The notes under the pieces are model-generated. The model made no database searches, had not been told where the DNA came from, and saw only the letters and a program-made list of their open reading frames with translations. The translations under genes were made by a program, and so were the position numbers. DNA of 36,794 nucleotides, from IMG/VR virus record IMGVR_UViG_2713896909_000013. One strand, 5' to 3'. Below, piece after piece: positions 1 to 9,664 of this stretch (position 1 is the stretch's first letter; each line of letters starts with the position of its first letter). This stretch comes from a virus (Duplodnaviria; Heunggongvirae; Uroviricota; Caudoviricetes).

Positions 1-1053
1 TTACGGGGTAATGCCAACCGCTGCCGCCACTTTGTCGCCACTTGGCAGCGTTGCCAGAGGATTGAAACGGAGCGCCGTTTCCAGATGATCCGGTGCCAGA
101 TGTGCGTAACGCATAGTCATTTTTATATCGTGGTGTCCGAGAATTTTTTGTAAGGCCAGAATGTTTCCACCCGACATCATGAAGTGCGCCGCAAACGTAT
201 GGCGCAGAACGTGTGTGAGTTGACCGCGAGGGAGCACGATAGACGTTTTTTCCATCACGGATAAAAATTGAAAATAGCAGTCTGTGAAGAAATTGAACCC
301 ATCAAGCGCCATGATCTCTTCGTAAAGCTCTTTACTGATAGGGATGCTTCTGTTTTTCTTCCCCTTCGTTCTTACAAAGGTAATTCGGTATTTGGTCACC
401 TGTGAACGAGTAAGATTTACGGCTTCTCGCCAGCGTGCGCCTGTGCTTAAGCATATCTTAACTACCAGTGCCAGAATTGGGTCCTGACGTTTGCAATCAG
501 CCAGTAATTCAACAATCTGCTCATGGGTAAGCCATGCCATCTCTTTTTCTGCGATGGTGAATTTTCGCATGTTCTCCAGTGGGTTCGGATACGACCATTC
601 GCCCAGGCGGGATAGTTCGCTAAAAACACTACTTAGATAGCTTTGCTCCAGGTTAATGGTGACCGGGCTTGCTCCTTTCTTCCATTTCTCGCTGAAGTAG
701 ATCTCACCTGTCAGGCGTTTATCTCGATAGTGGGCAAACATTTTAGAGGTTAGATCAGTTGCAAGGGGATTGCCCAGAGCGTCAACCATCAGCAGCAATT
801 TGTCATAGACATGCTGCCCAGCAGTCAGTGATTTACCATGTAGTTTGAACCATAGCTCAACCACGTCTTTCAGTGTTCGACGATCCACTGATTCACCTAG
901 CCAGGGCTTTGCTTCGGTTTCTTCCATCGTGTGACGCTCAAAAGCCAGTGCTTCGCCTTTGGTGGCGAATTGTTTACGCACACGACGCCCACTACGTCCG
1001 GCGGGGTAACATTCGCAAAGCCATTTTCCTGTGGTGAGTTTTCGTACAGCCAT
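1..1053 (-). CDS. int: tyrosine integrase, P2 Int-like
   Basis: C-terminal catalytic region (ARWRE...HVLRHTFAAHFMMSGGNILALQKILGHHDIKMTMRYAHL) typical of tyrosine recombinases; start set at the ATG at 1053 (MAVRKLTTGK) preceded by GGAGGG, not the longer ORF reaching 1131. Confidence 0.9.
   Translation of the reverse strand: MAVRKLTTGKWLCECYPAGRSGRRVRKQFATKGEALAFERHTMEETEAKPWLGESVDRRTLKDVVELWFKLHGKSLTAGQHVYDKLLLMVDALGNPLATDLTSKMFAHYRDKRLTGEIYFSEKWKKGASPVTINLEQSYLSSVFSELSRLGEWSYPNPLENMRKFTIAEKEMAWLTHEQIVELLADCKRQDPILALVVKICLSTGARWREAVNLTRSQVTKYRITFVRTKGKKNRSIPISKELYEEIMALDGFNFFTDCYFQFLSVMEKTSIVLPRGQLTHVLRHTFAAHFMMSGGNILALQKILGHHDIKMTMRYAHLAPDHLETALRFNPLATLPSGDKVAAAVGITP
20..40. repeat. attL: candidate attL core (left copy of the 21-bp direct repeat)
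   Basis: GCTGCCGCCACTTTGTCGCCA; matches 33940..33960 with one mismatch; lies inside the 3' end of int. Confidence 0.55.
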
Positions 1054-1241
1054 AAAAAATGCCCTCCAATAGAGAGCATTTTTACTGTATGTATAACCAG
1101 TGTCAATGTATGAAATCCTGCGACCATACATCTCACTGAAGCCATAATGAAGTAGGCTATTCTTTTTGCTATGTGATCATGTAACTTTTGCGGTTAACCT
1201 GTGGCTCATTTTTATTTTAGGCGCAGATATAAAAGCAAAAG

Positions 1242-1433
1242 TTATCGTGAGTTTTTAGTACAGATTTTTTTGGATTTACTAATAGTTCCATCATTGCAAA
1301 CGAATTTGCCATCAGACGTACAGTGAGAAACACCTCCCTTTTTCCCTGAGCAGGGATAATTTCTAGCATAGGTAGCTAGTGGGTTTAATAACAAAGAACA
1401 TGACAAAACCACAAAAAATACCTTACCAAGCAT
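1242..1433 (-). CDS. small secreted cysteine-rich basic peptide of unknown function (cargo gene between int and cI)
   Basis: 63 aa; hydrophobic N-terminal signal-like segment ([23 protein letters not shown]), then a Lys-rich region with 4 Cys; strong RBS GGGAGA 5 nt before the ATG; AT-rich local composition. Confidence 0.5.
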   Translation of the reverse strand: MLGKVFFVVLSCSLLLNPLATYARNYPCSGKKGGVSHCTSDGKFVCNDGTISKSKKICTKNSR

Positions 1434-1448
1434 AATTTTCTCCCGGTA

Positions 1449-2018
1449 CTATTTAACATACTTGACTGTTAAACTTATAATTTTACCAATTATTTCAATG
1501 TCTTCTATCTTACATTCAAAGGCTCTGTTTCCACCCTCGACGAAGATTCTTCCACCGGGTAAACGAGTAATGTCACGGATCGTTATTTCGCCATCAATAC
1601 TTATTACCCATTTACCATCACGTATATCATCAAATTCCTTATCACAAATAAATTCAGAATTATTATCTGTGATTACAAAAAGATTCTTGAATGCCGACGG
1701 TAGAAATTCTCTATCGAAAATATAAAAACCGTCTTCACACAAGGCCCCATCAGATAATACATATTTAGCAACTTCCATAGTATTTGTATTACCTGAAGTT
1801 TGCTTTGAACCATGCCCGGTTGTGAGCCAATTAAGCGAGGTGCCTGTTTCAAGGGCGCACTGGATTACCCATTCTGCTGGGAATGAGTCACGCATGTAGC
1901 GTGTGGCGAGTGTACTTTTAGAGATTCCTAAATGATCGCACAACGCCTGTCGAGTCTTGAATCCATAAGCTTCTACCATGCGCTCTATGGCGCCTCGTCC
2001 GCCTTTCTCCAAATTCAT
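1449..2018 (-). CDS. cI: CI-type immunity repressor (186 CI-like)
   Basis: About 190 aa with an N-terminal HTH-like region; sits between int and the divergent apl/cII genes as in phage 186; start set at the ATG at 2018 with RBS GGAGTGA. Confidence 0.8.
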   Translation of the reverse strand: MNLEKGGRGAIERMVEAYGFKTRQALCDHLGISKSTLATRYMRDSFPAEWVIQCALETGTSLNWLTTGHGSKQTSGNTNTMEVAKYVLSDGALCEDGFYIFDREFLPSAFKNLFVITDNNSEFICDKEFDDIRDGKWVISIDGEITIRDITRLPGGRIFVEGGNRAFECKIEDIEIIGKIISLTVKYVK

Positions 2019-2042
2019 GGTCACTCCAAGTGAACTTTTATC

Positions 2043-2071
2043 TTGACGATTTCACCGTGCGATCGTATGTT
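2043..2071 (+). promoter_or_regulatory. candidate early lytic promoter pR (TTGACG, 17-bp spacer, TATGTT) flanked by a GTGAAC/GTTCAC inverted repeat
   Basis: Sigma70-like hexamers with 17-bp spacing upstream of apl/cII; GTGAAC at 2030..2035 and GTTCAC at 2078..2083 bracket it as possible operator half-sites. Confidence 0.45.
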
Positions 2072-2143
2072 TATGGTGTTCACAAAATACAAACGATCCG
2101 TATTCGTCCTGATTAATCATCATTAAACGAGGAATGTTGCATC

Positions 2144-2365
2144 ATGAGACCTAACATTTCAATCACTCTTACCACGCCTCATGTGACTATTGAACGCTAT
2201 AGCGAGCTGACAGGGCTATCCATCGATACCATCAATGACATGTTGGCTGATGGACGCCTTATCCGTCACCGTCTGCGCAAAGATAAAAAACGCGAAAAAG
2301 TGATGATCAACATAGCAGCAATGACCGTTGATGCGCTTTCAGAATGCAATCTAAACCTTAATTAG
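2144..2365 (+). CDS. apl: Apl/Cox-like excisionase and transcriptional switch protein
   Basis: 73-aa HTH-like protein, first gene of the rightward early operon, divergent from cI; RBS GAGGA. Confidence 0.6.
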   Translation: MRPNISITLTTPHVTIERYSELTGLSIDTINDMLADGRLIRHRLRKDKKREKVMINIAAMTVDALSECNLNLN

Positions 2366-2397
2366 TTCGATTCTGAAATACATCAGAGGCATTGACC

Positions 2398-2907
2398 ATG
2401 TTTGATTACCAAGTTTCCAAACATCCACATTTTGATGAAGCCTGTCGTGCATTTGCACTGCGCCACAATCTGGTGCAACTGGCAGAACGTGCAGGCATGA
2501 ATGTGCAGATTCTGCGGAACAAGCTGAACCCAGCTCAGCCTCATTTATTAACCGCACCAGAAATCTGGCTGCTTACCGATCTGACTGAAGATTCAACGCT
2601 GGTAGATGGTTTTCTGGCACAGATTCATTGTCTGCCATGTGTACCGATTAATGAGGTGGCAAAAGAGAAACTGCCACATTACGTCATGAGTGCAACCGCA
2701 GAGATCGGGCGTGTTGCTGCAGGTGCGGTGTCTGGCGATGTAAAAACCTGTGCCGGTCGTCGTGATGCTATCAGCAGCATTAACTCTGTAACACGACTGA
2801 TGGCGCTGGCGGCTGTTTCATTGCAGGCCCGTTTACAGGCTAATCCTGCGATGGCGAGTGCAGTTGATACCGTGACTGGCCTCGGTGCTTCATTTGGTTT
2901 GCTGTGA
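2398..2907 (+). CDS. cII: CII-like lysogeny establishment regulator (186 CII-like)
   Basis: N-terminus [24 protein letters not shown] resembles 186 CII as I recall it; position after apl; start set at the ATG at 2398. Confidence 0.7.
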   Translation: MFDYQVSKHPHFDEACRAFALRHNLVQLAERAGMNVQILRNKLNPAQPHLLTAPEIWLLTDLTEDSTLVDGFLAQIHCLPCVPINEVAKEKLPHYVMSATAEIGRVAAGAVSGDVKTCAGRRDAISSINSVTRLMALAAVSLQARLQANPAMASAVDTVTGLGASFGLL

Positions 2908-2914
2908 GGTGCTT

Positions 2915-3115
2915 ATGCTGACGAAAGAACCATCATTTGCATCGCTGCTGGTTAAACAAAGCCCGGCAATGCATTACGGTCACGGCTGGATCATGGGGGA
3001 GGATGGTAAACGCTGGCATCCGTGCCGTTCACAAGATGAATTGCTGGCAGAACTATCTACGAAAAAACGGGGGAACAAATGGCTATTGAAGGCACTGCGG
3101 CGACTGTTCCATTAA
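2915..3115 (+). CDS. hypothetical early protein
   Basis: Small ORF in the early operon with RBS GAGGTG before the ATG at 2915. Confidence 0.4.
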   Translation: MLTKEPSFASLLVKQSPAMHYGHGWIMGEDGKRWHPCRSQDELLAELSTKKRGNKWLLKALRRLFH

Positions 3116-3420
3116 GCCCCGGTGAACGCCTGAATGGACTTAATCACATTGCGGAGTTAAGGGCGAAAGTTTTTGGCCTGAATATTGAGTCAGAGCTTGA
3201 GCGGTTTATTAAAGATATGCGTGATTCACGGGATATTAATAGCGAACAAAATAAACGGGCACTGGCTGCCATATTCTTTATGGCAAAAATTCCAGCTGAA
3301 CGTCATAGCATCAGCATTAATGAGCTGACCACTGACGAAAAGCGGGAGTTGATTAAAGCAATGAATCATTTTCGTGCAGTGGTGAGCTTATTTCCCAGAC
3401 GGCTAACCATGCCGAATTAA
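3079..3420 (+). CDS. hypothetical early protein
   Basis: 113-aa ORF in the early operon with an RBS-like GGGGGA upstream. Confidence 0.45.
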   Translation: MAIEGTAATVPLSPGERLNGLNHIAELRAKVFGLNIESELERFIKDMRDSRDINSEQNKRALAAIFFMAKIPAERHSISINELTTDEKRELIKAMNHFRAVVSLFPRRLTMPN

Positions 3421-3487
3421 CCAACTAATGAAATTAATGGCGTAAACCCGCCGGGCATCCCTTTATCTAAATTCAGGAGAATTGATT

Positions 3488-3721
3488 ATGCGTAATATTG
3501 AAACCCTCTCGACCAAAACCGGACCGGATGACGCAGGGCTTAATATTTTACTGACAGAGGCTCGTCTGGAAGAACGCCGGGCAAGGGCTGAAGCAATGGC
3601 AGCTCGCCTTGATAGCCTGGCGTGTCATATCACATCCCGCCAGCTAACCCACGTCGAAGCGGCAGAACTGCTTCGTGTGACTGCTGAAGCAATCCAGAAC
3701 GAAGCGCAGGAGATCCACTAA
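3488..3721 (+). CDS. hypothetical early protein
   Basis: ORF with strong RBS AGGAGA before the ATG at 3488; its stop overlaps the next start. Confidence 0.5.
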   Translation: MRNIETLSTKTGPDDAGLNILLTEARLEERRARAEAMAARLDSLACHITSRQLTHVEAAELLRVTAEAIQNEAQEIH

Positions 3722-3948
3722 TGGCTGATGCAATGGATCTCGTACAGCAGCGCGTTGAAGAAGAACGCCAACGCCATATCCGTGCTGCCCGTGCCAAAAC
3801 GCCGGGCGTGTCCCGCGTGCTTTGCATTGAGTGTGAAGCGCCAATTCCGCCAGCACGCCGCCGTGCCATTCCGGGTGTGCAGCTTTGCATTACCTGTCAG
3901 GAAATCGCAGAGCTGAAAGGCAAACATTACAACGGAGGTGCTGTATGA
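3721..3948 (+). CDS. TraR/DksA-family C4 zinc-finger protein
   Basis: CIEC...CITC four-cysteine motif near the C-terminus, about 75 aa, typical of the small zinc-finger ORF upstream of replication genes in P2-like phages. Confidence 0.65.
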   Translation: MADAMDLVQQRVEEERQRHIRAARAKTPGVSRVLCIECEAPIPPARRRAIPGVQLCITCQEIAELKGKHYNGGAV

Positions 3949-4802
3949 GCACCATCCTGAAATGGGCGGGAAATAAAACTGCCATAATGTCCGAACTAAA
4001 AAAACATCTTCCTGCTGGCCCGCGACTGGTTGAACCTTTCGCGGGTTCCTGTGCTGTGATGATGGAGACGGATTATCCCAGCTATCTGGTTGCGGATATT
4101 AATCCTGATTTAATCAACCTCTATAAAAAGGTTGCCGCTGATTGTGAATCGTTTATATCTCGCGCCAGAGTTTTATTTGAGATCGCAAACAGGGAGGTGG
4201 CTTATTACAACATAAGGCAGGAGTTTAATTACTCAACTGAAATTACTGATTTCATGAAAGCGGTATATTTCCTGTATCTCAATCGTCACGGTTACCGTGG
4301 TTTATGTCGCTATAACAAGAGCGGGCATTTCAACATTCCCTACGGTAATTATAAAAATCCGTATTTCCCTGAAAAAGAAATTCGCGCATTTGCAGAAAAG
4401 GCCCAGCGAGCAACGTTTATCTGCGCCAGCTTTGATGAAACGCTGGCGATGTTGAAGGCGGGGGATGTGGTGTATTGCGATCCGCCGTATGACGGTACGT
4501 TTTCCGGCTATCACACTGACGGCTTCACTGAAGATGACCAGTATCACCTGGCATCTGTTCTTGAACATCGGTCATCAGAAGGACATCCGGTCATTGTTTC
4601 TAACAGTGACACATCCCTGATCCGTTCGCTGTATCGCAATTTTACTCACCACTACATCAAGGCAAAACGCAGCATCGGTGTGGCAGCTGGCGAGGGTAAA
4701 TCAGCAACAGAAATCATTGCTGTTTCCGGGCCGCGCTGCTGGGTGGGATTTGATTATTCGCGTGGCGTGGATAGTTCTGCCGTGTACGGAGTACGTGCAT
4801 GA
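3945..4802 (+). CDS. dam: DNA adenine methyltransferase (Dam-like, N6-adenine)
   Basis: N-terminal AdoMet-binding motif (KWAGNK) and catalytic DPPY motif ([11 protein letters not shown]); RBS GGAGGTG before the ATG at 3945. Confidence 0.85.
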   Translation: MSTILKWAGNKTAIMSELKKHLPAGPRLVEPFAGSCAVMMETDYPSYLVADINPDLINLYKKVAADCESFISRARVLFEIANREVAYYNIRQEFNYSTEITDFMKAVYFLYLNRHGYRGLCRYNKSGHFNIPYGNYKNPYFPEKEIRAFAEKAQRATFICASFDETLAMLKAGDVVYCDPPYDGTFSGYHTDGFTEDDQYHLASVLEHRSSEGHPVIVSNSDTSLIRSLYRNFTHHYIKAKRSIGVAAGEGKSATEIIAVSGPRCWVGFDYSRGVDSSAVYGVRA

Positions 4803-7213
4803 GTCATGCCGATATGAACAACTGCTGCGGCTTTAACGAAGCTGCCGCATCGTTCTCATGGAACAGCTCGAAAAAGGCCATTAACCCTTATCTGGACCCG
4901 GTGGAAGTTGCGCCGGTTTCTACGCTTTCAAACCTGATCACTCTGTACGCTGCCGATAACGAGCAGGAACAGCTGCGCCGTGAGGCGCTGAGTGATCAGG
5001 TCTGGGAGCGTTATTTCTTTAATGAATCCCGTGATCCTGTCCAGCGCGAAATGGAACAGGATAAGCTCATTAGTCGGGCAAAGCTGGCGCATGAGCAGCA
5101 GCGTTTTAATCCGGATATGGTCATTCTGGCGGACGTCAACGCCCAGCCTTCCCATATCAGCAAGCCGCTGATGCAACGTATTGAATACTTCAGCAGCCTG
5201 GGCAGGCCAAAGGCTTATTCCCGCTATTTACGTGAGACGATTAAGCCATGTCTGGAACGACTGGAGCATGTACGCGACAGTCAGCTATCTGCATCTTTTC
5301 GCTTTATGGCAAGCCATGAAGGGCTGGACGGCCTGCTGATCCTGCCTGAAATGAGTCAGGATCAGGTGAAACGCCTGTCCACCCTGGTAGCTGCGCATAT
5401 GAGTATGTGCCTTGATGCCGCTTGTGGCGATTTGTATGCCACCGATGACGTTAAGCCAGAAGAAATCCGCAATACATGGGAAAGGGTGGCAGCGGAAACC
5501 CTGCGTCTGGATGTCATCCCGCCTGCGTTTGAGCAACTCCGTCGGAAAAGAAACCGCCGTAAACCCGTGCCCTATGAACTCATTCCGGGTTCGTTGGCGC
5601 GTATGTTGTGCGCCGACTGGTGGTATCGGAAATTATGGAAGATGCGTTGCGAATGGCGGGAAGAGCAGTTGCGTGCTGTCTGCCTTGTCAGCAAAAAAGC
5701 ATCTCCCTATGTCAGCTATGAAGCCGTGTTGCATAAACGTGAGCAGCGCCGTAAGTCGCTGGAGTTTTTCCGTTCTCATGAACTGGTGAACGAAGACGGC
5801 GACACGCTGGACATGGAGGATGTGGTAAACGCCAGCAGCAGCAACCCTGCGCATCGCCGCAATGAGATGATGGCCTGTGTTAAAGGTCTGGAGCTTATCG
5901 CGGAAATGCGCGGTGACTGCGCCGTTTTCTACACCATCACCTGTCCGTCACGTTTCCATTCCACGCTAAATAACGGCAGGCCCAACCCAACCTGGACAAA
6001 TGCGACGGTAAGACAAAGCAGTGATTATCTGGTCGGCATGTTTGCTGCATTTCGTAAGGCGATGCACAAAGCCGGATTGCGGTGGTATGGCGTGCGGGTG
6101 GCTGAGCCGCATCATGACGGTACAGTTCACTGGCACCTGTTGTGTTTTATGCGCAAAAAAGACCGCCGCACCATCACTGCATTACTGCGTAAGTTTGCCA
6201 TCCGTGAAGACCGCGAGGAGCTGGGCAATAACACTGGGCCGCGCTTTAAGTCTGAGTTGATTAACCCGCGCAAAGGTACGCCAACAAGCTACATCGCGAA
6301 ATACATCAGTAAGAACATTGACGGGCGTGGTCTGGCTGGCGAGATCAGCAAGGAAACGGGGAAATCCCTGCGTGATAATGCTGAATACGTTAATGCCTGG
6401 GCGTCTCTGCATCGTGTTCAGCAATTCCGCTTCTTTGGCATTCCGGGGCGTCAGGCTTACCGTGAACTGCGATTGCTGGCTGGTCAGGCGGCAAGGCAAC
6501 AGGGGGACAAAAAAGCAGGTGCGCCGGTACTGGATAACCCGCGCCTTGATGCCATTCTGGCTGCTGCTGATGCTGGTTGTTTTGCCACCTACATCATGAA
6601 GCAGGGTGGCGTACTGGTTCCCCGCAAATATCACCTCATCAGAACTGCTTATGAAATCAACGAAGAGCCGACCGCCTATGGCGATCACGGCATTCGTATT
6701 TATGGCATCTGGTCACCTATTGCAGAGGGCAAGATCTGCACTCATGCCGTGAAGTGGAAAATGGTTCGTAAGGCCGTTGACGTTCAGGAGGCGGCAGCCG
6801 ACCAGGGCGCTTGCGCCCCTTGGACTCGTGGCAATAACTGTCCCCTTGCTGAAAATTTGTACCAACAAGGGAAAGACAAATCAGCTGATGGGGATACCAG
6901 AACGGATATCACCCGCATGGATGACAAGGAATTGCACGATTACCTGCACAGTATGAACAAAAAAGAGCGCCGGGAACTGGCTGCAAGGTTACGCCTGGTG
7001 AAACCGAAACGGCGTAGAGACTACAAACAGCGAATTACAGATCATCAGCGACAGCAGCTCGTCTATGAACTGAAGTCCAGAGGATTTGATGGCAGCGAGA
7101 AAGAGGTCGATTTACTCCTTCGCGGCGGCAGCATTCCGTCAGGAGCAGGCCTGCGTATTTTCTATCGGAACCAGCGTTTGCAGGAAGATGATAAGTGGCG
7201 GAACCTGTATTAA
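4799..7213 (+). CDS. A: replication initiation endonuclease, P2 gpA-like (rolling circle, HUH)
   Basis: 804-aa protein with an HUH-type motif (DGTVHWHLL, about 6124..6138); position and size match P2 A. Confidence 0.85.
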   Translation: MSHADMNNCCGFNEAAASFSWNSSKKAINPYLDPVEVAPVSTLSNLITLYAADNEQEQLRREALSDQVWERYFFNESRDPVQREMEQDKLISRAKLAHEQQRFNPDMVILADVNAQPSHISKPLMQRIEYFSSLGRPKAYSRYLRETIKPCLERLEHVRDSQLSASFRFMASHEGLDGLLILPEMSQDQVKRLSTLVAAHMSMCLDAACGDLYATDDVKPEEIRNTWERVAAETLRLDVIPPAFEQLRRKRNRRKPVPYELIPGSLARMLCADWWYRKLWKMRCEWREEQLRAVCLVSKKASPYVSYEAVLHKREQRRKSLEFFRSHELVNEDGDTLDMEDVVNASSSNPAHRRNEMMACVKGLELIAEMRGDCAVFYTITCPSRFHSTLNNGRPNPTWTNATVRQSSDYLVGMFAAFRKAMHKAGLRWYGVRVAEPHHDGTVHWHLLCFMRKKDRRTITALLRKFAIREDREELGNNTGPRFKSELINPRKGTPTSYIAKYISKNIDGRGLAGEISKETGKSLRDNAEYVNAWASLHRVQQFRFFGIPGRQAYRELRLLAGQAARQQGDKKAGAPVLDNPRLDAILAAADAGCFATYIMKQGGVLVPRKYHLIRTAYEINEEPTAYGDHGIRIYGIWSPIAEGKICTHAVKWKMVRKAVDVQEAAADQGACAPWTRGNNCPLAENLYQQGKDKSADGDTRTDITRMDDKELHDYLHSMNKKERRELAARLRLVKPKRRRDYKQRITDHQRQQLVYELKSRGFDGSEKEVDLLLRGGSIPSGAGLRIFYRNQRLQEDDKWRNLY

Positions 7214-7305
7214 TTACGCGGGTTAACAATTCGTGCTCTTAATAATACCAGGTATATCAGGCTGATGAACGTAAAAAAACGTTTTACATCAGTAAGATTA
7301 TTATA

Positions 7306-7325
7306 TACTGTAAATATAAACAGTG
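7306..7325. promoter_or_regulatory. LexA (SOS) box
   Basis: TACTGTAAATATAAACAGTG matches the CTGT-N8-ACAG LexA consensus with an AT-rich spacer; about 40 bp upstream of the ORF at 7367. Confidence 0.7.
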
Positions 7326-7366
7326 GTTATGCGTACAGTATTGCTTGTGGTGTCATAGGAGGAAAG

Positions 7367-7555
7367 ATGCAGGACTATTTTTTGGAGTCTTTGAAGCTCC
7401 AGCGCATTGATTTTTTTCTTAAGCTTGTAGCGGCTAGTGAGTGTAGTGATGAAGAGAAGGGGCTGGCCCTGCAGTGGGTTTCTGAACTGACAGATGAACT
7501 CATGGCAAAAATCAGAACCCACGAATACAACCGCTCAATGGATGTCATCAGCTGA
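7367..7555 (+). CDS. SOS-controlled small protein, candidate Tum-like antirepressor
   Basis: 62-aa ORF with a perfect AGGAGG RBS directly downstream of the LexA box and upstream of a DinI-like gene; the antirepressor role is inference from the 186 Tum arrangement. Confidence 0.45.
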   Translation: MQDYFLESLKLQRIDFFLKLVAASECSDEEKGLALQWVSELTDELMAKIRTHEYNRSMDVIS

Positions 7556-7565
7556 GGTGACTTTT

Positions 7566-7799
7566 ATGCGCATTGAAATAATGATCGATAAAGAGCAGAA
7601 GATTAGCCAGTCTACCCTGGACGCCCTTGAATCCGAGCTTTACCGCAATCTGCGCCCCCTGTATCCCAAAACGGTAATTCGCATTCGCAAAGGTAGCTCT
7701 AACGGTGTGGAACTGACCGGACTGCAACTGGACGAAGAAAGGAAGCAAGTGATGAAAATTATGCAGAAGGTGTGGGAAGACGACAGCTGGCTGCATTAA
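7566..7799 (+). CDS. dinI: DinI-like protein
   Basis: 77 aa, MRIEIMIDKEQ...ELYRNL...LDEERKQVMKIMQKVWEDDSW resembles the DinI family in length and motif pattern; RBS GAGGTGA. Confidence 0.7.
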   Translation: MRIEIMIDKEQKISQSTLDALESELYRNLRPLYPKTVIRIRKGSSNGVELTGLQLDEERKQVMKIMQKVWEDDSWLH

Positions 7800-7829
7800 G
7801 AAACGTTGCCCCCAAGAGGATTCATTCTG

Positions 7830-8000
7830 ATGGGGGACTATTTTGGGCAACGAGTGAAACGAGGCGTTAGGTGGACGGCCATTTTGATAAGTGATCGTCC
7901 GCTTTTTGTTCTGAGTTCAAGCGATGGATTTAACACACTGGTTGAAGCAGAAGTATCTAAGTTCAATTTATATTATTTGAAGGGCACTGGTCTGATGTAG
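7830..8000 (+). CDS. questionable small ORF at the backbone/cargo boundary
   Basis: 56-aa ORF from an internal ATG with upstream AAGAGGA; overlaps an inverted repeat (GTTGCCCCC...GGGGG...GGGCAAC) that could instead be a terminator after the dinI-like gene. Confidence 0.2.
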   Translation: MGDYFGQRVKRGVRWTAILISDRPLFVLSSSDGFNTLVEAEVSKFNLYYLKGTGLM

Positions 8001-8086
8001 TACGATTTTTGCCGGAGATGGCATGTTCTATATTGATCTCATCCATATAATGATTGGTATTATTAGCTTAGTTTAAAGAGGATTGA

Positions 8087-9664
8087 ATGGATATCAACTA
8101 TGTTGTTTCAAAAATGGGGTTCGTAGATGATCTTATTAATGCAGGTTCATTTGATTCTGCCTATAAAAATGTAAAGGATATTCTTAACGGTATCGATGAG
8201 ATAAATACAATCAAAGAAAATAGAATAATTATATTATCTAATTTGGCCGGAAATCTTATTGATATCGGAAGTTTTAGTAATGTAAAAAATATAGCGGAGG
8301 AAGGCTTAAATATCTTTATAAACAATAAAAATGAATTTCTGACTATAATGAAAGAATCCTTATATTACTATAACTTGGCAAATGGAATGAGCGCAGTTCT
8401 TGATTTTAATCCTAATGACAATGCAGATATTGATAGTTTCATTAAGCTGAATGATGTAAAAAATAATTACTGGAAAGCGTTTAAACTTTCACAAGAAGAT
8501 GGATGGGTGCCCCCTGATTTAATAGTTAATCTAGCTAATGTATTAAAAAAACAATATCGTATATCTGAATCAATGGATTATTATGAACAAGCAATATCTA
8601 TTGATAACTCAATTCCTCAGGCGTGGGTAAACAGATCTGAGGCATTAGAATTGCTTAATGAATTATCTACAACATATACATATAAAATGATTAAAGAAGT
8701 TATTCGAGGTTATGAGTGTGCAATAAAGTCAGGGAAATGTTTTCCTTCATGGAAGGTTGCTCTTCAAAGAAAAATAAAGTACAACGAAAGTATATTGAGT
8801 GAATCATGTGTATATGGGATAGAGGATATAAGTACAGATGAAAGGCTCACGCAGGAGGAGTATGATACTTTATCAAACTACCAGAGGTTTTGTATAGATA
8901 ATAATCTAATGTTGTCTGATCATTCGCTATATTGCAATTGTTATGCGTCATCTAAAGATAATATAACTATTGCTACCACCGAGGAAGGTGTGTTTGGTGA
9001 TTTTATAGTGCCAATGGAAATGGTGTTAAATAGACTTAAAGCTGAGTATTCCTTAGCACGAAAAATGTTTTTTGAATATAAGGTTGATAGTGAGTTTTTT
9101 GATGAGGATTCGGAGGTATGTTATTCTGAATTGTATAATGGAGAAATATTGTATGAAAATGTTGAGAAGTTAAGGGTTGCATTTAGAGCTTGCTTTGGTA
9201 TCTTGGATAAAATAGCAGTTGCTCTGTGTCAATTATTTGATTTAAAACCAGATAGAGGACATATATACTTTCATAACTTCTGGCGGATTAGTGATGAAAA
9301 AAGAAAGCTTAAAATAAACAAAATAAATAATAAAGGATTGCTGGGTTTGTTTAGTATTGCTATGGATTTGAATGATAAAAATGGTGAGCTTGCTTTTTTT
9401 AAAGAATGGAGGAATGATTTAGAACATAAACTGTTAGTTATTCACGAGAAAGACATGTTAGTTGATTTATATAATTCTTATGGATTTTTTGATGAGGTGA
9501 GATTTATTGAGAAAGAAAAGTTTGAGAAACAGCTCTTACAACTCATGAAAATTGTGAGATCAGCCGTTATTCTTTTTGTGTTTACCATACGTATAGAGGG
9601 GAAAAAAAGTATTCCTAAAGATATGTTGACCATTAAAAATACCATCGAGAGAAAAGTATTGTAG
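8087..9664 (+). CDS. cargo protein 1: TPR-like N-terminal region with C-terminal HEPN-like domain (Rx4H motif); candidate abortive-infection RNase
   Basis: 525 aa, very AT-rich relative to the phage backbone; RBS AGAGGA and a TATAAT-like -10 upstream; RNDLEH (Rx4H) at about 9410..9427; TPR-like helical repeat signature in the N-terminal half. Domain calls are from motif reading only. Confidence 0.45.
   Translation: MDINYVVSKMGFVDDLINAGSFDSAYKNVKDILNGIDEINTIKENRIIILSNLAGNLIDIGSFSNVKNIAEEGLNIFINNKNEFLTIMKESLYYYNLANGMSAVLDFNPNDNADIDSFIKLNDVKNNYWKAFKLSQEDGWVPPDLIVNLANVLKKQYRISESMDYYEQAISIDNSIPQAWVNRSEALELLNELSTTYTYKMIKEVIRGYECAIKSGKCFPSWKVALQRKIKYNESILSESCVYGIEDISTDERLTQEEYDTLSNYQRFCIDNNLMLSDHSLYCNCYASSKDNITIATTEEGVFGDFIVPMEMVLNRLKAEYSLARKMFFEYKVDSEFFDEDSEVCYSELYNGEILYENVEKLRVAFRACFGILDKIAVALCQLFDLKPDRGHIYFHNFWRISDEKRKLKINKINNKGLLGLFSIAMDLNDKNGELAFFKEWRNDLEHKLLVIHEKDMLVDLYNSYGFFDEVRFIEKEKFEKQLLQLMKIVRSAVILFVFTIRIEGKKSIPKDMLTIKNTIERKVL

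Noticed and set aside
1054-1131. N-terminal extension of the integrase ORF (376-aa version starting at 1131)
   Set aside because: Tyrosine integrases of this family start near MAVRKL...; the ATG at 1053 has a good RBS (GGAGGG) and the upstream extension has no homologous counterpart that I recognise.
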